Below are positions 9,828 through 22,696 of a DNA stretch of 64,000 nt, in pieces. The stretch comes from Malacoraja senta (taxonomy: Eukaryota), in the NCBI GenBank assembly GCA_038087875.1, contig CM075995.1, positions 7,194,001 through 7,258,000 on the forward strand, written 5' to 3'. The notes beneath the pieces are model-generated. The model searched no databases and was not told the origin of the DNA. It was given only the letters and a program-made list of their open reading frames with translations. Positions within the stretch are counted from its first letter, which is position 1; each line of letters opens with the position of its first letter. The position numbers and the translations under genes are program-made.

Positions 9828-12800
9828 ATCTCAAGATGGCGGCGCACACAGTTGCAGCAGCTCAATGTTCTCCCGGTCGGTGCTTCGTGTCTTTGTGTGC
9901 GCGTTGTCTGTTGTCCTGTGTACTTGCTGTCGGGCGGACAACGTCTACGGCCAGCATGATCTCCTTAGGATTGGAGCTGGTCGCGAGCGGAGTGTGACAG
10001 CCGAGTTTGTCCGTTCACACAAGATCCCGGTGGACATAGCGAGGAGCCCCGGCTCTCCGTGGATCACCATCCCAGCGGGGAGGAGGCGAAGGTGGCGCAG
10101 AGAGCGCTAGCCAGGCTGCGGAGGCAGCCACTCAAACCACCGCTTCCCAGCCTGTTTCTCACCAACGCCAGATCCCTCGCTAACAAGATGGATGAACTGA
10201 GGCTACAAACTGCAGCTAACAACGCCGTGAAGGACAGCTTCATTCTGTTGATCACGGAGACATGGCTTCGTTCACTCATTCCGGACTCTGCTATCGAGCT
10301 GGCAGGCTACACCGCACAGCGTCATGACAGGACAAGAGACTCTGGTAAGAGCAGAGGAGGAGGAGGGCTCTGTGTGTACGTGAACAACAACTGGTGTACT
10401 AACACAGTGATTGTAGACAGTCACTGCTCCCCGGACCTGGAGTATGTGACTGTTAAATGCAGGCCCATTTATCTCCCTAGAGAGTTTACTGTCGTCATGA
10501 TAACTGTGATATACATACCACCGGATGCTAATGCGAACTCGGCTATCGGACAATTGTATGGTAGCACTAGCAGCCATCAGAGCACATATCCTGACGCTGT
10601 TCACATCATAGCAGGGGACTTTAATCACGCGGACTTGAAGGCAATGCCCCCCAAATTCTATCAGCATGTTAAATGTGCTACAAGAGGAGCTAACACATTG
10701 GACAAGGTCTACTCCAACATCAAGCTGGGCTACAGGGCTAGACCACTACCACACCTGGGCCAGTCTGACCATATGTCCCTGCTTTTAATTCCTGCATATG
10801 CCCCCCCCTCAGGGAAAACTGCTCCTACCATCACAAAGACCATCACAACTTGGCCTGATGGTGCCTCTCAGCAGCTGCAGGACTGCTTCGACAGGACCAA
10901 CTGGGATGTGTTTGAACACCAGGACCTGGAGGTGTTCACAGACAGTGTACTATGTTACATTAAAAACTGCATGGACACTGTCACAGTGGACAAACGCATC
11001 CGGGTCTACCCCAACCAGAAGCCCTGGATGACCCGGGAGGTCCAGCGGCTGTTAAAAGAGAGGAACACCGTTTTTAGGTCTGGCGATAGGGCTTTATACA
11101 GCACGGCCCGAGCTAACCTGAAGAGAGGCATCAGAGAGGCCAAATCAGACTACAGGCGGAGGATAGAGGACCACCTGGACAGTAACAACAGCAGGCAGGT
11201 GTGGCAGGGGATCCAGTATCTCACCAACTACAAGACCAACCTTGGAGCTGCTGAAGGTGACGCCTCGTTGGCAGAGGAGCTGAACCTCTTCTTTGCTCGC
11301 TTTGAAGTGGAGCCACCAGAGACAGCCATATCACACCACATGGCCAACAGCAGCTTATCCCTCAAAATAGAGGAGCATGAGGTGAGGCGCACGCTGCGGG
11401 CCATCAATCCGAGGAAGGCTGCTGGACCCGACGGCGTTTCTGGACGCGTGCTGAAGGACTGCGCAGACCAGCTGGCTGGAGTCTTTACGAGGATTTTCAA
11501 CCAGTCTCTGGCCCAGTCCACTGTCCCATCCTGTCTGAAGTCCTCCACCATAGTCCCCTTGCCCCAAAAAACCCACATTTCCAGCCTCAACGACTACCGG
11601 CCAGTCGCACTCACACCAGTGGTGATGAAGTGCTTTTATAAAACTGGTCCGGGGTCACATCAAATCACTCCTGCCCCGAAGCTTTGACCCCCACCAGTTT
11701 GCGTATAGAGCGAATAGATCCACAGAGGATGCTGTAGCCACAGCCCTCCATGCTGCACTGTCCCACCTGGAGCAGCGGGGGAGCTACGTGCGGATGCTCT
11801 TTGTGGACTACAGCTCTGCTTTTAACACCATCCTTCCCCACAAACTGGTGGACAAACTGGGGGACCTGGGACTTCCACACTCCACCTGCATGTGGATAAA
11901 GAGCTTCCTGTCGGGTCGCAGTCAGAGAGTCCGAGTGGGCCGTCACACATCCACGGCCCTCAGCCTCAGTACCGGCTCTCCACAGGGCTGCGTGCTGAGC
12001 CCCCTGCTTTACACCATCTACACATATGACTGCACCCCCGCCCACCACAGTAACACCATTGTCAAATTCGCGGATGACACCACGGTGGTGGGGCTCATCT
12101 CTGGGGGGGGATGAGTACGCCTACAGGGATGAGGTGGAGCAGCTGACAGGGTGGTGTGGAGAGAATAACCTGCTCCTCAACACCTCAAAGACCAAGGAGC
12201 TCATAATAGATTACAGGAAGAAGAAAACGGACATTACACCACTAATCATCGATGGGGACTGTGTGGAAAGGGTGGCGGATTTCCGCTTCCTGGGAATCCA
12301 CATTGAGGAGGACCTGACTTGGAGCGTGAACACCTCTGCGCTGCTGAAAAAAGTCCAGCAGAGACTGTACTTCCTGAGGGTGCTCGGGAAGAACAACATC
12401 ACCCAGAGACTGCTGCTATCCTTTTATCGATGCTCAATTGAGAGCATCTTAACATACTGTGTATGCGTGTGGTACACCAGCTGCACAGCGGCTAAGAGGA
12501 AAGCGCTCCAGAGGGCTATTGACAATGCCCAGAAGATTATCGGCTGCCCTCTCCTCACCTTGGAGGACCTACACAGTTCCCACTGTCTCAAAAAATCCCA
12601 GAACATCATAAAGGACATTTTCCACCCCGGACACTCCCTGTTTGAACTGTTGCCGTCAGGCAGACGGTACAGAGCAATGAGGACAAGGACAAACAGACTC
12701 AAAAACAGTTTTTATCCCACAGCAATAACTACACGTAATGTAGCCACCAAATGAGTACAGGTGTGCTACACACCAAAGGGACTGGGAAATCGACAGAAGA

Positions 12801-12921
12801 ATGTGTTTTTTTTCATGTTATTTATTTTAGTTGTTTATTTTAGACTGGTGCACTGACTGGTTGGCATTTTTAATTTCGTTGCACATGTTGACATGTTATA
12901 ATGACAAATAAAGTATTCATT
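9828..12921 (+). mobile_element. Near-full-length Rex1/Babar-clade non-LTR retrotransposon (APE endonuclease + reverse transcriptase), frameshifted
   Basis: ORFs 10059-11687, 11788-12114 and 12026-12754 carry NARSL..K, ITETWL, IAGDFNH, SDH (APE) and KAAGPDG, DYSSAFNT, PQGCVLSP, KFADD (RT). It ends in AATAAA plus an ATTC tail. A 7-bp TSD CCTCCAC lies at 9821-9827 and 12922-12928 within a minus-strand CR1. Confidence 0.92.
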
Positions 12922-14879
12922 CCTCCACCGCCCTCTGAGGCAGAGAATTCCACAGACTCACCGCTCTCTGTGAGAAAAAGTGTTTCCTCGTCTCCGTTCT
13001 AAATGGCTTACTCCTTATTCTTAAACTGTGTGTGGCCCCTGGTTCTGGACTCCCCCAACATCGGGAACATGTTTCCTGCCTCTAGCGTGTCCAAGCCCTT
13101 AACAATCTTATATGTTTCAATGAGATACCCTCTCATCCTTCTAAACTCCAGAGTGTACAAGCCCATTTGAAATGTTGAAAGCTTAGATTGGACAGCCCTA
13201 GAAAAGGAACATGGCTAGCCATCGCATATTGATTGCAGTTGGAGTCTTGGAGTGATACAGCGTGGAAACAGGCCCTTCGGCCCAACTTGCCCACAGCAGC
13301 CAACATGCCCCAGCTCCACTAGGCCCACCTGCCTGCGTTTGGTCCATAAACCTGTCCCATCCATCTACCTGTTCAAATGTTTCTTAGACGTTCTGATAGT
13401 CCCTGCCTCAACTACCTCCTCTGGCAGCTCGTTCCATACACCCACCAATCTTTGCGTGAAAAAGTTACCCCTCCGGTTTCTATTAAATCTCCATCTTAAA
13501 ACTCTGTCCTCTGGTTCTTGATTCCCCTACTCGAGGCAAGAGACTCTCTATGTGTTAACCTGATCTATTTATCTCATGGTGTTGTCCACCTCTATAGGAT
13601 CACACCTCATCCTCCTGCGCTCCAAGGAGTAGAGTCCTAGCCCGCTCAACCTCTCCCTAGAGCTCATGCCCTCGAGTCCTGGCAACATCCTCGTAAAATT
13701 ATTTATTTAGAGAGGAAGGAAAAACATTATTATGATTATAATGAGCGCCCACAGCATCGTTTCCTCTGGGGTTTGGTACGTCTTGAGGGCTCCGTATCTT
13801 AATGCTCCTAAAGGCTCCTTATCTCCATACGAGAATGATCCCAGGAATGAGTGGGTTAACCTATGAAGAGCGTTTGACAGCACTGGGCTTGTACTCGCTG
13901 GGGTTTAGAAGAATGAGGGGGGGGACGACCTCATTGAAACATACAGAATAGTGAAAGGCCTGGATAGAGCGGACGTGGAGAGGATGTTTCCACCAGCGGG
14001 AGAGTCCAGGACCAGAGGGCACAGCCTCAGAATAAAAGGGCGTTTCTTTAGAAAGGAGATCTTACGTTCATGAGTCATAGGAGCAGAATTAGGCCATTCG
14101 GCCCATCGAGTCTACTCCGCCATTCAATCATGGCTGGTCTATCTCTCCCTCCTAACCCCATTGTCCTGACTTCCCCCCGTAACCCCTGACACCCGCACTA
14201 ATCAACCTTGGTCATCATGGATGAGTTTGCCATGTTTCTGTGCTGTATCGCAGTGTGACTCTGTCAGAGAAATATCATGTTGAGCATGATTAATCCCACC
14301 AATCATTAACTCATCCCATTAAAAAGCAAGAAGCCCTGGCAATTAACAAAAACTGAACATTTCTGGAAATAATCTGTCCGTAACCATAAATCCTGCAAAA
14401 GGAGAAGTCAAGTCAGGTTTATTCGTCACATACACATACGAGATGTGCAGTGAAACGGAAAAGTGGCAATGCTCGCGGGCTGTGCAAAAAACAAACAAAC
14501 TACAAACAGAATGGAACAGAATCACATATTCACATGTTTGTGGGAGGGAGGGAAGAAAAAGGAAAAAAAACTGCGATTTTAAAAAGATACCACACAACAG
14601 TAAACTGGTTCAGTAAAGTTAGTCCCTGGAGAGATAGGAGTTTACAGTCCGAATGGCCTCTGGGAAGAAACTCCTTCTCAACCTCTCCGTTCACACAGCG
14701 TGGCAACGGAGGCGTTTGCCTGACCGTAGCAGCTGGAACAGAAAGCAAGTTCGCTGTGTTTAAATCTCGTTATTAGTATCGGTTTATTATTATCACGTGT
14801 ACTTCAAGTAACTTTAAAGTGAGGGGGGCAAAGTTTAAAGTGTGGGGGTAGGTTTTTTTTTTGCGAAGAGGGTCGGGAG

Positions 14880-15160
14880 CAGCTGGGACAGGCTGCTGGG
14901 ACGGGCTGCTGGAAGGAGCTGCTGGAACGCGTTGCTGGTTTGAGCTGCTGGAACGCGTTGCTGGAACGCATTGCTGGTTTGAGCTGCTGGTTTGAGCTGC
15001 TGGAAGGAGCTGCTGGAACGCGTTGCTGGTTTGAGCTGCTGGAAGGAGCTGCTGGAACGCGTTGCTGGTTTGAGCTGCTGGGACGGGCTGCTGGTTCTAG
15101 CTGCTGGGACGGGCTGCTGGTTCTAGCTGCTGGAACGGGCTGCTGGAACGTACTGCTGGG
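14880..15160. repeat. GCTGCTGG-based minisatellite (~39-bp units) inside a CR1 fragment
   Basis: Repeats of GCTGCTGGAACGCGTTGCTGGTTTGAGCTGCTGGAAGGA. Confidence 0.85.
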
Positions 15161-15535
15161 GATGGTGGAGGCAGATGCATCTGTGGCATTGAACAGACTT
15201 TTTGGATAGGCATATGGATATGCAGGGAATGTAGACACAAAGTGTTTAGTTTAGAGATACGGTCCCTTTAGTCTAGAGATACAGGGAAACAGGCCCTTCG
15301 GCCCATCGAGTCCGCACTGACCAGCGATCCCCGCACACTAACACTGCCCTACACACACTAGGGACAATTTGCACATTTACACCAAGCCAATTAATCTACA
15401 AACCTGTACGTCTTTGGAGTGTGGGAGGAAACCGAAGATCTCGGAGAAAACCCACGCATGTCTCGGGGAGAAGGTGCAAACTCCGTGCAGGCAGCACCCG
15501 TAGTCGGGATCGAACCGGGGTCTCTGGCGCTGTAA

Positions 15536-16274
15536 CTTTACGGGGGAACTTTAACTTTTCTATGTGGGGGAGGGGGGTAGGGTAAGGGGGAAACTGCTTC
15601 CCAGTCGCTTCCTGGCGGGGACGTAACTATTTCTCCAAGCCGCAGCCTACCACCTGGATTGTAGCGGCCTTTCCTGCCGGGGACCGGGAACCGGACCAGA
15701 GCTGCAGCAGCGGCGGAGCAGCGCTGGATTCACCGCGGAGCGGGCGATGCCGACCTGGATCGCCGCTTGGAGCTCGTGGAGCTGCGGTTTGAGAGAGCTT
15801 CCAGCGCGACCGGCGCTGAACAACATCACGGAGTCCTGGGGCCCTTTGCCGAGGGCCGCCAGCGCTGCATCTCCGCATCTCCGCCCGGCGCGGCCTGCGG
15901 ACTTTGGGAGCCGTGGACTCCGGTAGGAGGGGGCCGACTCTGATGTCCAAGCCGCTGAGGAGGTCCCCCAGCCTCGACGTCGGACTTACATCAGCCCGGC
16001 GAGCGGGTCTGAACATCGGGCCGCCCGTAGCGGCGACTGCGGTGGGCTCGGGGAGGCCCCGACCACGGGTGAACAGTGGGGAACATTAGAGGAAGAGGAC
16101 TGACTTTGGTGCCTTCCCTCACAGTGGGAAAATTTGATTCTGCTGTGTGGGGATATTTTTATGTTGAACTCTATCATATGTTGTGTTCTTATTTTTGATT
16201 GTATGGCTGTATGGTAATCACACATTTCACTGTGCCATCTGGCACATGTGACAAATAAAATGTATCTTGAATCT
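15536..16274 (+). mobile_element. GC/CpG-rich non-autonomous retroposon with a Rex-like 3' tail, inserted in a V-SINE
   Basis: No convincing ORF. It ends GTGACAAATAAA...(TCTTGA)n, has TGTAA on both flanks, and the SINE resumes at ~16280. Confidence 0.62.
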
Positions 16275-16387
16275 TGTAAACGCAGTGAGGCAGCAACCCT
16301 GGCTTTGAGCCACCGTGCCGCCCCAGTGCTGGAGTTACTCAGCGGGTCAGGCAGCCTCTCTGGAGAAAAAGGACGGGTGACTTTTCG

Positions 16388-16423
16388 GGGTCTGAAGAAG
16401 GGTCCCGACCCGAAACGTCACCC
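16388..16423 (+). ncRNA. Putative minimal type I hammerhead ribozyme (Penelope-associated)
   Basis: GGGT-CTGAAGA-A-GGGTC(CC)GACCC-GAA-ACGT-C^ACCC: stem I GGGT/ACCC, stem II GGGTC/GACCC, palindromic ACGT stem III, and a GUC cleavage triplet. Confidence 0.6.
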
Positions 16424-17048
16424 ATCCTTTTCCTCCAGAGACGCCGCCTGACCCGCTGAGTTACTCCAGCACTTTGTGTCTATCTTTGGTATAAACCGGC
16501 ATCTGCAGTTCTTTGCAAGGAATATGGGTTACGTGGATCATATCCCGATGTTGGGGGAGTCCAGAACCAGGGGCCACACAGTTTAAGAATAAGGAGTAAG
16601 CCATTTAGAACGGAGACGAGGAAACACTTTTTCTCACAGAGAGTGGTGAGTCTGTGGAATTCTCTGCCTCAGAGGGCGGTGGAGGGAGGTTCTCTGGATG
16701 CTTTTTAAGAGAGAGCTAGATAGGGTTCTTAAAGATAGCGGAGTCAGGGTATATGGGGAGAAGGCAGGAACGGGGTAGTGATTGGGGATGATCAGCCATG
16801 ATCACATTGAATGGCGGTGCTGGCTCGAAGGGCCAAATGGCCTACTCCTGCACCTATTGTCTATTGTCTATTATCTATATCCGGCACAGGCTTTGTGGGC
16901 TGAAGGGCTGAACTTGCTCTGTACTATTTTATGTTCTACAGTGACAACATTTTTGCGTTGCATGTGATCCAGGCAAATCATGCTTTGTGGCGTAGAGGAT
17001 AAAGTACTCGGGGTGCAGAATGCCTTGTCACAGCTACAGAGAATAGAG

Positions 17049-17330
17049 TGGCACGGTGGCGCAGCGGTAGAGTTGCTGCCTTGCAGCGCCAGACACCCGG
17101 GTTCCATCCTGACCACGGGTGCTGTCTGTACGTTCTCCCCGTGACCCGTGTGGGCTTTCTCCTGGTGCGCCAGTTTCCTCCCACACTCCAAGGACACACA
17201 AGTTTTTAGGTTCATTGGCTTTGCTAATGATTGTAAATTGTCCCCAGTGTGTGTAGGATAGCGCGAGTACTGGGGGGATCGCTGGCGGGGCGGGTGGGCC
17301 GAAGGGCCTGTTTTCCCCCTCTGTATCTCT
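17049..17330 (+). mobile_element. V-SINE
   Basis: A/B boxes, V-domain and tail. Confidence 0.82.
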
Positions 17331-18292
17331 AAATGAAACGGGGGGAAAACCCGAAGAAAGTGCGGATTATAAAAATGCGCATGGGCTGGAAGATGGTGGG
17401 TTGGAGGAATGGGAATTCATCCTCGGTGTCTGCTCAAGAGTTTGATAATGGTGGTGGTGGGGGGGGGGGGGGGGGGGCGGTAGCTGTTATCGAATCTGAA
17501 GGTCAAATGTGAAAACTAGTAAATGTTCTAAGTGCAGGTAATCTGATCAGAGTGGTCATGATCTGGAACTCAGTGTCCTGAATGTTGTTGATGGCTTGCT
17601 TAGCCACAGCTTTCAAAAAGGAATCAGATAGGCACTCAGAGCGATGGAGTCATACAGCCTGGAAGCAGGCCCTTCGGCCCAACTTGCCCACACCAGCCAA
17701 CATGTCCCGTCTAAACCAGTCCCAAAGCTTTTCACTGTACCTCTCCTAAATGGCCTCTCCGTATTAAGTTGATCTCTAGATATTTTTGAGCTGTTGATGG
17801 TTAATACGGGGCGCAGCGGTAGAGTTGCTGCCTCACAGCACCAGGGACCCGGGTCCCATCCCGACTACGGGTGCTGCTTGCACGGAGTTTGCACGTTCTC
17901 CCCGTGACCTGCGGCAGTTTTTCCCCGGGATCTCCGGTTTCTTCCCGCACTTCAAAGACGTGCCGGTTTGTAGGCTGATTGGCTTGGTAAAAAAATTGCT
18001 GTGTGTGTGTGGTATTTTTTTTTTTTCCCCCATCTACATACTTGTGCAAATTTCTTTCAAATGGCACCATTTATAATATGGTGGAGGGGTGCTGGGTGGG
18101 AGATTAGGCCATTGAGTCCTGACAACATCCTGACAATAATATAACGATAAATTGATTCATTTCCATAGCGGACTGCAAAGAGTGACTGTTGTTGAGATTG
18201 TTGCATTAGGGGCTTGCACTGTCTAGATGGGCTAAATGGCCTCTCCGTGTGAACATAGTTCCTCCACACTAGAGTTGTGGCTGGTTGATCAG

Positions 18293-18577
18293 GACGGCAC
18301 GCTGGCGCAGCGGTAGAGTTGCTGCCTCACAGCGCCAGAGTCCCGGGTTCGATCCCGACTACGGGCGCTGTCTGTACGGAGTTTGGACAGTCCTCCCCCG
18401 TGACCTGCGTGGGTTTTCTCCGGTTTCCTCCCACACTCCTAAAACGTACAGGTTTGTCGGTTCATTGGCTTCGGTGCAGTTGTAAATTGTCCCTAGTGTG
18501 TGTAGGATCGTGCTAGCGTGCGCGGATCGCTGGTCGGCGCGGACTCGGTGGGCCGTAGGGCCTGTTTCCGCGCTGTA
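18293..18577 (+). mobile_element. V-SINE
   Basis: A/B boxes, V-domain and tail. Confidence 0.82.
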
Positions 18578-19479
18578 ACTATAACCGGTGAGTTTGTGTG
18601 TGGGGAGCTATTTAACATCTGTAGCTGTGGAACCAGTGACATTATATCGAGCCTGCTGTCGGAATGTGCGGCATTCATGCCTAATTACCGCTCAGTTCCT
18701 GGCGAGGTCAGCTATTTTTTGACTTGTGATTGCTTTCGCTTGGGAAGGGCAGGGCATGTGGTTTTCTGTGGGTTGACTTAATTATGTCTTGGTTTAATCT
18801 TGGTTTGAGACGTGATGTCTCATGAGGTGAACAAAAGTAATTGGCATTCTTCATTTCGTGCAGAAGCAGAGGCAAGACGTTCATAAGTGACAGGAACAGA
18901 ATTAGGCCGTTTGGCCCATCAAGTCCAATGTAGCTGGGACATGTTGGCCCATGTGGGCAAGTTGGGCCGAAGGGCCTGTTTCCACACTGAATCATTCGAT
19001 GACTCTATAAGCCTACTCCGCCATTCAACCCTGGCTGATCTATCTTTCCCCTCAACCCCATTCTCCTGCCTTCTCCCCATAACCCCAGACACCCGTACTA
19101 ATCAAGAAGCTATCTATCTCCGCCTTAAAAATATCCACTGACTTGGCCTCCACAGCTTTCAGTGGCAATGAATTCCACAGATTCACCACCCTCTGACTAA
19201 AGAAATTCCTCCTCATCTCCTTCCTAAAGGAATGTGCTTTAATTCTGAGGCTTTGACCTCTGGTCCTAGACTTTCCCACTAGTGGAAACATCCTCTCCAC
19301 ATCCACTCTATCCAGGCCCTTCACTATTCGGTCAGTTTCAATGAGGTTCCCCCTCATTCTTCTAAACTCCAGCAAGTGCAGGCCCAGTGCCGACAAACGC
19401 TCATCAAATTGGTTCAGCTTAATTATTGTTTAGATGTTAGTGTCTCACAACCTCTAAACTCCCATCTTTTAGTTTTTTT

Positions 19480-19790
19480 TTTAGTTTAGTTTATAGATAT
19501 GGCTCGGAAACAGGCCCTTTGGCCCATCGAGTCCACAGCGACCAGTGATCACCTCGTACACTTGCACTATCCCAATCACACTTAGGAGAATTTACATTTA
19601 ATCATCCTCCAAACCTGTATGTCTTTGGAGCGCGGGAGGAAACTGGCCGATCACGGGGAAAACCCACGCAGGTCACGGGGAGAACGTCCAAACTCCGTAC
19701 AGACAGCACCCGTAGTCGGGATCCAACCCGGGTCTCTGGCGCTGCAAGCGCTGTAAGGCAGCAACTCTACCGCTGCGCCACCGTGCCCGC
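19480..19790 (-). mobile_element. V-SINE
   Basis: Reverse complement, full length. Confidence 0.82.
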
Positions 19791-20270
19791 CCAGTTGAGA
19801 GGAAAAGATAGATCAGCCACGATTGAATGGACTGGACGGGCCGAATGGCCCCGATTCTTGCTCCTGGAACGCACGAACATGAGTAGGAAGGGTCTCGACC
19901 CGTAACGTCACCCATTCCTTCTCTCCATGGATGCTGCCTGTCCCGCTGAGTTGCTCCAGTGTTTTGTGCCAATCTTGTGAACCGTTCTCTGGATACATGG
20001 AGGAGTTTGAAGGAATACATTCCCTGACTGTTGTGGAAATGGACACTGGGAGACAGTCAGCAGTTCATTGGGGCAACTGGTCAGGTTAAATTCATGCATC
20101 AGCACCGATTATAAATAAAATGGTTCTCTGTTACTCAGTAGGACTCTGTTTTGGAGAGCAGTCAATTTGTTTGCATTGAATTGATGGCCGAGCATGGGTG
20201 GGGAGGGGGAGAGATGGGGGAGGGAAGCAACATCCCTTTCATAAATTTATATGTCATAGCAGCAGAATTA

Positions 20271-20595
20271 AAGTCCCCCTGTCCCACAGTACGAGTTCAT
20301 TCCAAGAGCTCTCCCGAGTTTGCCCTGATTCGAACTCGGAGATTTACGGTAATGGCCGCTCGACGGTACTCGGGGCTCTCGTGGACATTTTTCGTCATGT
20401 TGAAAAATCTTCACGAGTCTTCCCGAGCTTACCTGCCGTTAGCGAGTCTTCCCGAGTACCTGCCGTTAGCGCTAAGAGACGTCCCCCGAGCTCCGACGTA
20501 CCCGCTACGTTCATTCTCCGTGCTGACCACGAGTTTGATTTTTTTTAAACTCGGGAGAGCTCTTGGAATGAACTCGTACTGTGGGACAAGGGCTT
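20271..20595. mobile_element. PIF/Harbinger-type MITE
   Basis: ~45-bp TIRs (TGTCCCACAGTACGAGTTCATTCCAAGAGCTCTCCCGAGTT). A TTA TSD (20268-20270, 20596-20598) splits the CR1 3' sequence GAATTA|GGCCATTC. Confidence 0.8.
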
Positions 20596-22492
20596 TTAGG
20601 CCATTCGGCCCATCAAGGCTCCTCCGCCATTCAATCACGGCTGATCTATCTTTCCCTCTCAACCCCATTCTCCTGCCTTCTCCCCATAACCCCTGACACC
20701 CGTACTAATCAAGAATCTATCTATCTCTGCCTTAAAAATATTAATTGATTTGGCCTCCGTGGCCTTCTGTGGCAATGAATTCCACAGATTCACCACCCTC
20801 TGACTAAAGGAATTCATCCTCATCTCCTTCCTAAAGGTACGTCCTTTAATCCTGGGATTAGAATGACCTCTAGTCCTAGGCTCTCCCACAAGTGGAAACA
20901 TCCTGTCCACATCCACTCTCATCCAGGCCCCAAAGCCTAACATTAGTTAGTTTTGGCCAGTTGGTATGTATGTTTTTATTGTTCTAAATCTATGCTCTGT
21001 TTTTATGCAGCTCATCTATCATAAACCTTTCTTACTTTATAAAAGAGTCATGAAGTGACAGAGTCATATATATAAGTTTATTGGCCAAGTATTCACATAC
21101 AAGGATTTTGCCTTGGTGCTCCCACCTACAAGTTTCAACATGACATACAGTGACAGCTAGGAATGACACATAAAACATTAAACATTATAGCATGGAAACA
21201 GGCCCTTCGGCCCACTAGACCAAGATGCCCATCTACGCTAGTCCCACCTGCCGCGTTTGGCCCATATCCCTCTAAACCTTCCTTTAGACGTTAGAGATAC
21301 ATGGGTCGCCATAAGTTGCGCCTTGTATGTCGGAAGTGGAGGAGAAAGTGGGTATACGTGGAACTAGTGTGAACGGGTGGGTGATCGATGGTCGGCGCGG
21401 ACTCGGTGGGCTGAGGGGCCTGTTTCCACGCTGCATCTCGAAACTCGAAAGACAAGACCCTTAAAAGCGTTGATATGCGGAGGGATCTTGGCGTCCAAGT
21501 TCATTTCATAGCTCACTAAAGGTGGCAACACAACCAGATGTGAATGAATGAATGAATGAATAAGTTTATTGGCCAAGTATTCACATTACAAGGAAATTGC
21601 CTTGGTGCTCCGCCCACACGACAACATGACATACAGTAAAGAAGGCGTATGGTATGCTTGCTGTGGAATTCTCTGCCACAGAAGGCATGGAGGCCAATTC
21701 ACTGGATATTTTCAAGAGTTGGATTTAGCTCTTCGGGCTTATGGGATCAAAGGATATGGGGAGAAAGCAGGAGCGGGGTACTGATTGTGGATAGATAGAT
21801 AGATAGATAAATACTTTATTAATCCCTTTCTCAGGGAAATTCAGAGCCAGCAGCGGTACAAGAACACACAATACACAATAAACATTTAACACAAACATCT
21901 ACCGCAGCATCATCACTGGTGGAAGGCACAACATTTGGCCAGTCCTCCACCTATTTTCTATGTTCTACTGCTGGAGGCATTGAATATAAGTCAGGAAGCC
22001 ATGATGCAGCTCTATAGGATTATGGTTAGGCCGCATTTGGAGTATGCGTGCAGTTCTGTGTGCTCCACTACACAAGAGATATGGAGGCATTGGAGAGGGT
22101 GCAGACGAGCGTTATACACAATAGACAATAGGTGCAGGAGCAGGCCATTCGGCCCTTCGAGCCAGCACCGCCATTCAATGTGATCATGGCTGATCGTCCC
22201 CAATCAGTACCCCGTTCCTGCCTTCTCCCCAAACCCCTGACTCCGCTATCTTTAAGAGCCCTATCTAGCTCTCTCTTGAAAGATTCCAGAGAACCGATTG
22301 TCTATTATCTATTGCCAGAGGTTATGGGGAGAAGGCATGAGAATGGGGTTAAGAGAGAGCGAGAGATAGATTAGCCATGATTGAATGGCGGAGTAGAATG
22401 GCCCATTCTGCTCCTATCACTAATGACCTTATGAAGTGAAATTACTTGGACTAAACATTGACAACGCCACGCCACTGGGAGTGAACCACTTA

Positions 22493-22696
22493 AGGGCCTG
22501 TCCCACTTGGGCGCCATTGCGCGACGTCATTTACGCGTCGTGACGCGCGCATGGCGTGCATTACGCGCGCACGGTGCGTGGTGACGTAGGCAGTGCTGGG
22601 CGGTCGCGCGCGGCGCCCCAGGATTTTGGGGATTCACAAAATCTTCGCGCGCCACCCTGCGTGACGCGCAAATGACGCCCAAGTGGGACAGGCCCT
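22493..22696. mobile_element. PIF/Harbinger-type MITE, extremely CpG-rich
   Basis: TIRs AGGGCCTGTCCCACTTGGGCG / CGCCCAAGTGGGACAGGCCCT, flanked by TTA and TTG. Confidence 0.78.

Noticed and set aside
14804..15238. 144-aa Ser/Gln/Pro-rich ORF
   Set aside because: It is a translation of the minisatellite.
15600..16080. CpG island as a host promoter
   Set aside because: It lies inside a tailed insertion that splits a SINE, so it is TE-derived.
17449..17480. G-run / potential G-quadruplex (also the C-run at ~52782-52811)
   Set aside because: Simple homopolymer tracts of unreliable length, with no supporting context.
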